Translations under genes and position numbers: made by a program | The notes under the pieces: model-generated | Told to the model about the DNA's origin: nothing | Databases searched by the model: none | The model's input: the letters and a program-made list of their open reading frames with translations, nothing else | Part shown: positions 5,808 to 12,608 of the stretch, in pieces | Layout of the letters: every line of letters starts with the position of its first letter | Numbering within the stretch: position 1 is the first letter of the stretch | Assembly (NCBI GenBank): GCA_025965935.1 | Contig: JAOPVZ010000272.1 | Location: 1-16,650 of the forward strand | From: Frankiales bacterium | Lineage (GTDB): Bacteria > Actinomycetota > Actinomycetes > Mycobacteriales > SCTD01 | Length of the DNA stretch: 16,650 nucleotides | Direction: 5' to 3'

Positions 5808-6169
5808 GACGGGTCGATGGTGCGGCAGAGCGCGGTGAGGTTGTCGCGCAGCGGCCGGTAGAAGACGTTCATGCCGTCCCGCGTTCCCTCGACCAGGCCT
5901 GCTTCCCGGAGCTGCTTGAGGTGGTGGCTGACGGTGGCCTCGGTGACGCCCACCGCGGGCGCGAGGTCGCAGGTGCAGCACCCGTCCTCGCCGGCCGCGA
6001 GCACGAGCGACATGAGCCGGACCCGGACCGGGTCAGCGAGCGCCTTGAGTCGGAGCGCCACCTGGAGAGCGTCCTGCTCGCTCATGGCGCCGGCCGCGAG
6101 CGGTGAGCAGCAGACCGTCGCGGAGACGTCGAGGACGGGGAGCGTCTTGGGCACGAGTTCAACATACAT
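5798..6169 (-). CDS. arsR: ArsR/SmtB-family metalloregulatory transcriptional repressor.
   Basis: The winged HTH DLAPAVGVTEATVSHHLKQLREAGLV is preceded by the metal-site motif GCCTCDL in helix alpha-3, and an N-terminal vicinal Cys pair (SATVCCSPL) is also present. The ATG at 6167-6169 (MYVELVPK...) retains the N-terminal CC. Alternative starts are the GTG at 6193 and a later ATG at MSEQ. The gene is transcribed divergently from arsI. Confidence 0.8.
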   Translation of the reverse strand: MYVELVPKTLPVLDVSATVCCSPLAAGAMSEQDALQVALRLKALADPVRVRLMSLVLAAGEDGCCTCDLAPAVGVTEATVSHHLKQLREAGLVEGTRDGMNVFYRPLRDNLTALCRTIDPSCC

Positions 6170-6234
6170 CGAACTTGACGAATATCGAATCACCGAGCAA
6201 CCTCTGTGACATCAATCGAAGAAGGGACCATCCC
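6160..6234. promoter_or_regulatory. Divergent arsR / arsI promoter-operator region with three ATCGAA repeats and a TTGACG hexamer.
   Basis: This is an AT-rich 65-bp gap in a GC-rich context. ATCGAA occurs at 6168-6173, 6184-6189 and 6215-6220. A -35-like TTGACG lies at 6175-6180 on the plus strand. The sequence reads ACATACATCGAACTTGACGAATATCGAATCAC. Confidence 0.45.
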
Positions 6235-6675
6235 ATGAGCCGCGTCCAGCTGGCCCTCAACGTCGACGACCTCGAGGCCTCGATCGCCTTCTACAGCAAG
6301 CTGTTCAACGCCCAGCCGCACAAGGTGAAGCCGGGCTACGCGAACTTCGCGATCGTCGAGCCGCCGCTCAAGCTGGTGCTCATCGAGAACCCGGGCCAGG
6401 GCGGCTCGGTGAACCACCTCGGCGTCGAGGTCGAGTCCTCCGATCAGGTGCACGCGGAGATCGCGCGGCTCTCGGGGGCCGGCCTGTTCACGGCCGAGGA
6501 GATCGGCCAGACCTGCTGCTTCGCGACCCAGGACAAGGTCTGGGTCAGCGGTCCAGCCGGCGAGCGGTGGGAGGTCTACACCGTCCTCGCCGACAGCCCG
6601 ACCTTCGGCGCCGAGCCGACCGGCGACACGTGCTGCGGCCAGCAGGTCACCGAGGGGTCGGTGTGCTGCTCGTGA
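6235..6675 (+). CDS. arsI: ArsI / CadI-like protein of the glyoxalase-bleomycin-resistance-dioxygenase (VOC) family, a putative C-As lyase for organoarsenical demethylation.
   Basis: MSRVQLALNVDDLEASIAFYSKLFNAQPHKVKPGYANFAIVEPPLKLVLIENPGQGGSVNHLGVEV is a VOC-fold N-terminus. It has a vicinal Cys pair in GQTCCFATQDKVWVSGPAGERWEVY and a Cys-rich C-terminal tail (TCCGQQ...SVCCS), as in characterised ArsI enzymes and in the mycobacterial cadmium-induced CadI. An RBS GAAGGGA lies at 6221-6227. The gene is divergent from arsR. Confidence 0.8.
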   Translation: MSRVQLALNVDDLEASIAFYSKLFNAQPHKVKPGYANFAIVEPPLKLVLIENPGQGGSVNHLGVEVESSDQVHAEIARLSGAGLFTAEEIGQTCCFATQDKVWVSGPAGERWEVYTVLADSPTFGAEPTGDTCCGQQVTEGSVCCS

Positions 6676-6730
6676 CGTCCATGTCGCAAAACCGCCAGAC
6701 GAGGTAGTCGCCGGCCGCCAGGATGGTGGC

Positions 6731-8182
6731 ATGCACAGCCAGATGAGCCGGGACTTCGAGCAGTGCCTGCGGGCAGTGCAGGCGAAGGACGCCCGCTTCG
6801 ACGGATGGTTCTTCACCGCCGTCCGCACGACCGGCATCTACTGCCGGCCGAGCTGTCCCGCCGTACCGCCGAAGGCGACGAACATCGAGTTCCACCCGAC
6901 GGCGGCGAGCGCGCAGGCGGCCGGGTTCCGGGCCTGCAAGCGGTGCCGGCCCGACGCCAGCCCGGGCAGCCCGGAGTGGGACACCCGTGGCGATCTGGTG
7001 GCCCGAGCGATGCGGCTCATCGCCGACGGCGTCGTGGACCGCGAGGGTGTCCCGGGTCTGGCAGATCGCCTGGGGTACAGCCGAAGACAGCTCGAGCGTA
7101 GCCTGCTCGCCGAGCTCGGTGCCGGTCCGTTGGGGCTGGCCAGGGCGCAGCGGGCGCAGACCGCCCGGCTGCTCATCGAGACCACCGGCCTGGGGCTGGC
7201 AGACGTCGCGTTCGCGTCCGGCTTCGGCAGCGTGCGGCAGTTCAACGACACCGTGCGAGAGGTGTTCGCGACGACCCCCGGGGAGCTCCGCGCCAAGGCC
7301 CGACCGGGCGAACCGGCGAAGGGCACGGTCACGGTGAGGCTGCCCTTCCGGCAGCCGCTGTGGCCCGACAACCTGTTCGGTCACCTGGTCGCGACCGCTG
7401 TGCCGGGTGTCGAGGAGTGGTGCGACGGCGCCTACCGGCGCACCCTGCGGCTCCCGCACGGGCACGGCGTGGTCGCCCTCGCCCCGACACCCGAGCACGT
7501 GCGGTGCACCCTGCACCTGCAGGACATGCGCGACCTGTCCGCCGCGATCGCGCGGTGCCGGCGGCTGCTCGACCTCGACGCCGACCCAGTCGCTGTCGAC
7601 GCGCAGCTGAGCCAGGACCCGCTGCTGGCGCCCCTGGTGCGCAAGGCGCCCGGCCGTCGGGTGCCACGCACCGTCGACGGCGACGAGCTCGCCATCCGCG
7701 CCGTGCTCGGGCAGCAGGTCAGCACTGCAGCCGGACGCACCCTGGCCGGCCGGCTGGTCACCGCCTTCGGCGACGCGGTGGAGGACGACACCCTGACGCA
7801 CCTCTTCCCGACGGCGGAGCAGCTCGTCGACGCCGGCGAGCACCTCGCCATGCCGCAGTCCCGACGCGACACCGTCCTGCGGCTGGCCCGTGCCCTGGCC
7901 GACGGTGACCTCGACCTCGACCCAGGCGTCGACCGCGAGGATGCGAGGCACCGGCTCGCCGCGCTCAAGGGCATCGGACCGTGGACCGTCGAGACCGTCG
8001 CGATGCGCGCCCTCGGCGATCCCGACGCGTTCCTGCCGACCGACCTCGGCGTGGCCCAGGGCCTCAAGGCCCTCGGCGCGACGCACACCGACACCTGGCG
8101 CCCTTGGCGCGCCTACGCCGTGCAGCACCTCTGGGCGCTCGGCGACCACCCCATCAACCGGATGCCTGGAGGCAGCTCATGA
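6731..8182 (+). CDS. alkA: Ada regulatory domain fused to AlkA: a methylphosphotriester-sensing Zn domain, an AraC HTH and a 3-methyladenine DNA glycosylase II.
   Basis: The N-terminus FTAVRTTGIYCRPSCPA...AGFRACKRCRP is the Ada Zn(Cys4) methyl-acceptor domain. An AraC-type HTH follows (LADRLGYSRRQLERSL...FASGFGSVRQFNDTVREVF). The C-terminal half is the AlkA N-terminal plus HhH-GPD fold (LKGIGPWTVETVAMRALGDPDAFLPTDLGV) with the catalytic Asp. An RBS AGGATGG precedes the ATG at 6731. The same fusion architecture is known in mycobacteria. Confidence 0.9.
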   Translation: MHSQMSRDFEQCLRAVQAKDARFDGWFFTAVRTTGIYCRPSCPAVPPKATNIEFHPTAASAQAAGFRACKRCRPDASPGSPEWDTRGDLVARAMRLIADGVVDREGVPGLADRLGYSRRQLERSLLAELGAGPLGLARAQRAQTARLLIETTGLGLADVAFASGFGSVRQFNDTVREVFATTPGELRAKARPGEPAKGTVTVRLPFRQPLWPDNLFGHLVATAVPGVEEWCDGAYRRTLRLPHGHGVVALAPTPEHVRCTLHLQDMRDLSAAIARCRRLLDLDADPVAVDAQLSQDPLLAPLVRKAPGRRVPRTVDGDELAIRAVLGQQVSTAAGRTLAGRLVTAFGDAVEDDTLTHLFPTAEQLVDAGEHLAMPQSRRDTVLRLARALADGDLDLDPGVDREDARHRLAALKGIGPWTVETVAMRALGDPDAFLPTDLGVAQGLKALGATHTDTWRPWRAYAVQHLWALGDHPINRMPGGSS

Positions 8183-8655
8183 CCTACGCCGTCGTCGACT
8201 CACCGATCGGCCCCCTGACCCTCGTCGCCAAGGACGGAGCCGTGGCCGGTCTCTACATGACCGACCACCGTCACATGCCCGTCATCCAGGGCCAGCGTGA
8301 CGACAGCGCGCTGCCCGACCTGCAGGAGCAGCTGGTGGCGTACTTCGCCCGCGATCTCAAGGAGTTCGACGTGCGGACCGCCGTCACCGGCAGCCCGTTC
8401 CAGGTCCGGGTGTGGACCGCGCTCGCCCAGATCCCGTACGGCGAGACCTGGAGCTATGCCCAGCTGGCGAGGGAGATCGGGTCACCGGCCGCGGTCCGCG
8501 CAGTCGGCCTCGCCAATGGCAAGAACCCGATCAGCATCGTGGTGCCGTGCCACCGGGTGGTGGGCAGCAACGGCAGCCTCACCGGGTACGGCGGTGGGCT
8601 CGCCCGCAAGCAGCAGCTGCTGGAGCTCGAGCGGGGCCTAGCCTCCACCACGTGA
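8179..8655 (+). CDS. ogt: O6-methylguanine-DNA-protein-cysteine methyltransferase (Ogt/MGMT).
   Basis: MTYAVVDSPIGPLTLVA... with the active site IVVPCHRVVGSNGSLTGYGGGL (PCHR). The ATG at 8179 overlaps the alkA stop (ATGA). Confidence 0.9.
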   Translation: MTYAVVDSPIGPLTLVAKDGAVAGLYMTDHRHMPVIQGQRDDSALPDLQEQLVAYFARDLKEFDVRTAVTGSPFQVRVWTALAQIPYGETWSYAQLAREIGSPAAVRAVGLANGKNPISIVVPCHRVVGSNGSLTGYGGGLARKQQLLELERGLASTT

Positions 8656-11102
8656 CCGACGTCGAGCGACTGCTGGCCGAGCTCACCCTCGACGAGAAGG
8701 CGTCGCTCACCTGCGGCGCCGACATGTGGACCGTGCCGGGCGTCTCACGACTCGGCATCCCGGCCGTAACCGTCACGGACGGACCCAACGGCGCCCGCGG
8801 CTCCGCGCTGCTCGGCGCCGGCCGGGTGAGCGCCGCCTGCGTCCCCTGCGGCTCGGCACTCGGCGCGTCCTGGGACCCGGCACTCGTCGAGCAGGTCGGT
8901 GCCGTGCTCGGCGAGGAGGCCCGTACGAAGTCCGCCCGGGTGCTGCTCGCGCCGACGGTCAACATCGTCCGGTCGCCCCTCGCCGGCCGCAACTTCGAGT
9001 GCTACTCCGAGGACCCACTGCTCTCCGGGAGCATCACCGCTGGCTTCGTCCGCGGCGTGCAGAGCCGCGGTGTCGCCGCGACGGTGAAGCACTTCGTCGG
9101 CAACGAGGCGGAGCACGAGCGCACCACGATCAGCAGCGACATCGACGAGCGGGCGCTACGCGAGGTCTACCTCGTGCCGTTCGAGCATGCCGCCGCTGCA
9201 GGTGTGCAGGCCGTCATGACCTCCTACAACCGCCTCAACGGGCGCTGGTGCTCGGAGGATCCCGAGCTGCTCCACCTGCTGCGCGGCGACCTCGGCTTCG
9301 ACGGCGTCGTCATGACGGACTGGTTCGCCGTCGGCTCGACGCTCGGCTCGGCTGCCGCAGGTCTCGACCTGCAGATGCCCGGGCCGGCGCGCTTCTACGG
9401 TGCTCCGTTCGCTGATGCGGTCCGCACTGGCGCGCTGCCCGAGGTGTCTCTCGACGCCATCGTGCGTCGCTGGCTGACGCTGGTGGACCGGCTCGACGCG
9501 TGGCGCGACGTCCCTGCGCCCGAGCGGGCAGTCGACCTGCCCGCGCACCGGTCCGTCGCACGCCGCGCCTGTGCCGACTCGACCGTGCTGCTGCGCAACG
9601 ACGGGCTGCTTCCCTTGTCAGACACGGGTTCCGTCGCACTGATCGGCCCCAACGCGACCCGTGCGCACATCATGGGTGGCGGCTCGGCGCAGTTGCGTGC
9701 CCACTACGCCCGCTCCCTCGCCGACGTGCTTGCCGAGCGGGTCGGCAAGGTTGTCGTGGAGCCGGGTTGTCTGATCGACAAGACCGTGCGGCCGATCGCG
9801 ATCGCCTTCGAGGTGACCTTCTCCGACCGTGACGGTGAGGTGGTCGGCACGAGTACCGAGCGCGACGGCCGACTGCTGTGGTTCGACGCGCCCCTCGAGG
9901 GGCTCGACGCCGACCGGTTCTCCTTCACCGCCCGCGGCACCCTCGTGGTCAGCCACACCGGCCTGCACCGCTTCGCGCTGGTGCAGGCCGGCCGGGCCCG
10001 CGTGACGGTGGACGGCATGGTGGTCCTGGACGGCTTCGTGGACGTGCCCCCGCCCGGGACCGAGCTGTTCGGTCTGGGGTCGGTCGAGGTCGAGGCGCTC
10101 GTCGAGCTGACAGCCGGCACGTCGGTCGCGGTGGTCATCGACTACAGCACCGAGGGCGCCGTGATCCTGCACGGCTGCAAGATCGGCCACCGGCCGCCCG
10201 CGGATGTCGACCTGATGTCGCTGGCCGTGCAGGCGGCGTCCGACGCGGACGTCGCGGTCGTGGTCGTCGGCACCAGCAACGAGTGGGAGAGCGAGGGTGA
10301 GGACCGGGACTCGCTGCACCTGCCGGGTGAGCAGGACGAGCTGGTACGGCGGGTCTGCGCGGCCAACCCGAGGACGGTCGTCGTCGTCAACGCGGGCGCG
10401 CCGGTGCAGATGGACTGGGCGGACGAGGCGGCGGCCATCGTCGTCCCGTGGCTCGGCGGACAGGAGATGGCGGAGGCGCTCGCCGACGTGCTGCTCGGCG
10501 TCTCCGAACCCGGCGGTCGCCTCCCGGTCACGGTGCCGCTGCGGATCGAGCACACCCCGTCGTACGGGGCCTTCCCGGGGAGCAACCATCACGTCGGCTA
10601 CGCGGAGGGGCTGCTGGTGGGCTATCGCTGGTTCGACTCGCGTCGGCTGCCGGTGCGCTACCCGTTCGGTCACGGGCTGTCGTACACGACCTTCTCGTGG
10701 ACCGACCCGCGGGTGACCGCCGAGGGCGTCGAGGTGACGGTCACCAACACCGGCGATCGCCGCGGCGCCGAGGTGGTGCAGGCCTATGTCGAACCGCCGC
10801 CCGGACCGCTGTTCCGGCCGCGCCGCGAGCTGCGCGCGTTCCAGAAGGTCTGGCTGGACCCGGGCGGGACCGAGACGGTGCGGCTGCAGCTGGCGGACAG
10901 GGCGTTCGCGTACTGGGACCCGGCGACCTCCGAGACGGCGCATCTCCAGGAGCGGCTCGGGGATGGCGCCGTGGTCCCGGCCGGGTCGAGCACGGGCTGG
11001 CGCGAGAAGGCCGGCTGGTACGAGGACCCGGGCGAGTACCGGGTGCACCTGGCGCGGTCGGCCGCCGATGTCGTCGCGAGCCTGGTGGTCGTCCGGCCTT
11101 AG
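8652..11102 (+). CDS. Glycoside hydrolase family 3 beta-glucosidase with an inserted PA14 domain (about 816 aa).
   Basis: From the GTG at 8652: (V)[49 protein letters not shown] is the GH3 N-terminal domain. [13 protein letters not shown], the catalytic-Asp region [13 protein letters not shown] and the C-terminal [10 protein letters not shown] motif are all present. There is a central PA14-like insert. The GTG overlaps the ogt stop (GTGA). The 896-aa ORF-track entry starting at 8412 is an upstream extension through ogt in another frame context. The TAG stop is at 11100-11102. Confidence 0.9.
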   Translation: MTDVERLLAELTLDEKASLTCGADMWTVPGVSRLGIPAVTVTDGPNGARGSALLGAGRVSAACVPCGSALGASWDPALVEQVGAVLGEEARTKSARVLLAPTVNIVRSPLAGRNFECYSEDPLLSGSITAGFVRGVQSRGVAATVKHFVGNEAEHERTTISSDIDERALREVYLVPFEHAAAAGVQAVMTSYNRLNGRWCSEDPELLHLLRGDLGFDGVVMTDWFAVGSTLGSAAAGLDLQMPGPARFYGAPFADAVRTGALPEVSLDAIVRRWLTLVDRLDAWRDVPAPERAVDLPAHRSVARRACADSTVLLRNDGLLPLSDTGSVALIGPNATRAHIMGGGSAQLRAHYARSLADVLAERVGKVVVEPGCLIDKTVRPIAIAFEVTFSDRDGEVVGTSTERDGRLLWFDAPLEGLDADRFSFTARGTLVVSHTGLHRFALVQAGRARVTVDGMVVLDGFVDVPPPGTELFGLGSVEVEALVELTAGTSVAVVIDYSTEGAVILHGCKIGHRPPADVDLMSLAVQAASDADVAVVVVGTSNEWESEGEDRDSLHLPGEQDELVRRVCAANPRTVVVVNAGAPVQMDWADEAAAIVVPWLGGQEMAEALADVLLGVSEPGGRLPVTVPLRIEHTPSYGAFPGSNHHVGYAEGLLVGYRWFDSRRLPVRYPFGHGLSYTTFSWTDPRVTAEGVEVTVTNTGDRRGAEVVQAYVEPPPGPLFRPRRELRAFQKVWLDPGGTETVRLQLADRAFAYWDPATSETAHLQERLGDGAVVPAGSSTGWREKAGWYEDPGEYRVHLARSAADVVASLVVVRP

Positions 11103-11269
11103 ACGCGGGCGGGGCCGAGCACGATGTCGATGGTGGTCGTCTTGCCGGCGCCGTTCGGGCCGAGGAAGGCGACCACCTCGCCGCGCGCGATCGTGAGGTC
11201 GATCCCGTCGACCGCACGCACCTCGCCGAAGTGCTTGCGGACCGCGGTCAGCTCGAGCGCGTTCGTCAC
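11099..11269 (-). pseudogene. Truncated ABC-transporter ATP-binding gene. Only the N-terminal 56 codons, through Walker A, remain.
   Basis: Reverse-complement translation from the GTG (complement of 11267-11269) gives [56 protein letters not shown]. This is a canonical DrrA-like ABC N-terminus with the Walker A motif GPNGAGKT. An RBS GAGGAAG lies 8 nt upstream, and the start overlaps the SDR stop (GTGA). The reading frame ends at a TAA (complement of 11099-11101) that shares bases with the GH3 TAG. Nothing ABC-like follows in any antisense frame. Confidence 0.65.
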
Positions 11270-12009
11270 GTGAGCCGCTTCCTCGCGATCGCCGACGCCC
11301 TGCGGCGCAGACCGGTGGGCAGCAGCTTCGTCGCGGTGACGATCGCCTTGTACTGCGGGCCAGCAATGCTCACCGTCCGGCCCCGGTCGAGGTCACGGAG
11401 CGCCTCCCGCACCACCTGGTCAGTCGACAGCCAGAGGAGCTCGGGAACCGCGGTCATGTCCATGCTCGCGCGGCCGTGGAACTCGGTGTGCGTGAAGCCG
11501 GGGCAGACCGCGACGGCCCGAACCCCGCGATGGCGGTACTGGAGGTCGAGCGACTCGGTGAAGTTGGTGACCCAGGCCTTCGAGGCGGAGTACGTCGCAC
11601 CGCGCACTCCTGCGGAGAAGCCGGCAACGCTGCTGACGTTGAGGATCGCCCCCGAGCCGCGCGCCAGCATCGCCGGCAGTGCGGCGTGGGTGAGTCGCAG
11701 CACCGCGCGGACGTTGAGGTCGAGCATCGCCAGCTGGTCCTCGAGGGAGCTCTCGTCGAACGCCGCCCCGAGGCCGCGGCCGGCGTTGTTGACCAGCAGG
11801 TCGACACCGTCGGCGAGCCGCGCCTCGACGAGCGCGCAGCCCTCGCCGGTGGACAGGTCGGCGGCGAGCACCTCGGCGTCCGGCACCTGGCGACGCAGCC
11901 GGTCGCCGTCCCGGGCGACGACCACCAGGTCGTACCCGCGGGCCCGGAGGGGCCCGACGAACGCGGCACCGATCCCGGCCGTGGCCCCTGTGATGAGAGC
12001 AGTTGGCAT
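11266..12009 (-). CDS. Short-chain dehydrogenase/reductase (SDR family oxidoreductase).
   Basis: [17 protein letters not shown] (the TGxxxGIG Rossmann motif), NNAG, and the catalytic YSASK. I chose the ATG at 12007-12009 as the start. A GTG three codons upstream is an alternative start. Confidence 0.9.
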   Translation of the reverse strand: MPTALITGATAGIGAAFVGPLRARGYDLVVVARDGDRLRRQVPDAEVLAADLSTGEGCALVEARLADGVDLLVNNAGRGLGAAFDESSLEDQLAMLDLNVRAVLRLTHAALPAMLARGSGAILNVSSVAGFSAGVRGATYSASKAWVTNFTESLDLQYRHRGVRAVAVCPGFTHTEFHGRASMDMTAVPELLWLSTDQVVREALRDLDRGRTVSIAGPQYKAIVTATKLLPTGLRRRASAIARKRLT

Positions 12010-12032
12010 GGGTTGCACCCTAGGCTCGGCCC

Positions 12033-12524
12033 GTGTTCACCCCTGACGCGGTCGACGCACGGATCCTGCAGGCGCTCGTCGCCGACCCGCGGATCACGGT
12101 CAGCGAGCTGGCCGAGCGAGCCGGCGTGGTCCGCAACACCGCGCAGGCCCGGCTCGAGCGGCTGCAACGCGAGGGGGTCCTCGGCCCCAACGACCGCGGG
12201 GTGGAGATCCAGCAGCTCGGCTTCAACGTGGCCGCAGTGGTGGCGATCAACCTGCGGCACGCCGAGATCGAGGAGGCGGTCGCGGGTCTGGCAGCCAATC
12301 CCGCCGTACTGCTGGTGGAGGAGGTCGCCGGCTCGACGGGCGACCTGCTCGTGCGGGTGGCCGCCCGGTCGACGGACGACCTGCAGCGGGTCGTGCATTC
12401 CATCCTGTCGACCGCTGGGGTCGTCTCCACCACGACCCAGGTCGTGCTCAAGACCCGGGTGCCGTTCCGGGTCGGGCCGTTGCTCGAGGACTTGGGCGGC
12501 TCGCCCACGGCAGACAACGTCTGA
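12033..12524 (+). CDS. Lrp/AsnC-family transcriptional regulator.
   Basis: The N-terminal HTH (DAVDARILQALVADPRITVSELAERAGVVRNTAQARLERLQREGVL) is followed by a C-terminal RAM/AsnC-type ligand domain. GTG at 12033 is the first possible start after an in-frame TAG at 12021. The start lies only 23 bp from the divergent SDR start, so leaderless transcription is likely. Confidence 0.85.
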   Translation: MFTPDAVDARILQALVADPRITVSELAERAGVVRNTAQARLERLQREGVLGPNDRGVEIQQLGFNVAAVVAINLRHAEIEEAVAGLAANPAVLLVEEVAGSTGDLLVRVAARSTDDLQRVVHSILSTAGVVSTTTQVVLKTRVPFRVGPLLEDLGGSPTADNV

Positions 12525-12533
12525 GGCAGCAGT

Positions 12534-12550
12534 CTGAGCAGATTGCTCAG
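12534..12550. promoter_or_regulatory. Perfect palindrome CTGAGCA-gat-TGCTCAG, 10 bp downstream of the Lrp stop and upstream of the oxidoreductase gene.
   Basis: The 7-bp arms are exact reverse complements separated by a 3-nt spacer, in an AT-richer stretch (agtctgagcagattgctcagtattgcc). It could be an Lrp operator or a terminator-like hairpin. Confidence 0.45.
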
Positions 12551-12608
12551 TATTGCCCTGGTCGATTGACTCTGGTGGCAGTCGAGAACCACGCTGGCTG
12601 CTCCGCCC

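Noticed and set aside
5808-5981. N-terminal extension of the MIP channel ORF (MLHLRPRARGG...).
   Set aside because: It overlaps the arsR coding sequence in another frame and reads as Arg/Pro-rich low-complexity sequence. The MIP topology starts at the GTG at 5807.
6647-8149. A 500-aa minus-strand ORF antisense to the Ada-AlkA gene.
   Set aside because: It lies antisense to a gene with clear domain homology. The translation is a low-complexity Arg/Pro/Gly-rich product, typical of open antisense frames in about 70% GC DNA. It has no motifs, no RBS and no start context.
8412-8651. N-terminal extension of the GH3 ORF back to 8412 in the ORF track.
   Set aside because: The extension reads through ogt in another frame and gives an Arg/Pro-rich peptide. 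The true GH3 N-terminus ([16 protein letters not shown]...) begins at the GTG at 8652, overlapping the ogt stop.
9618-11366. A 582-aa minus-strand ORF antisense to the GH3 gene and overlapping the ABC fragment in a different frame.
   Set aside because: It has the same GC-driven artefact composition. It would contain a frame-shifted reading of the Walker A region ([15 protein letters not shown]), which shows that it is the wrong frame for the real ABC fragment.
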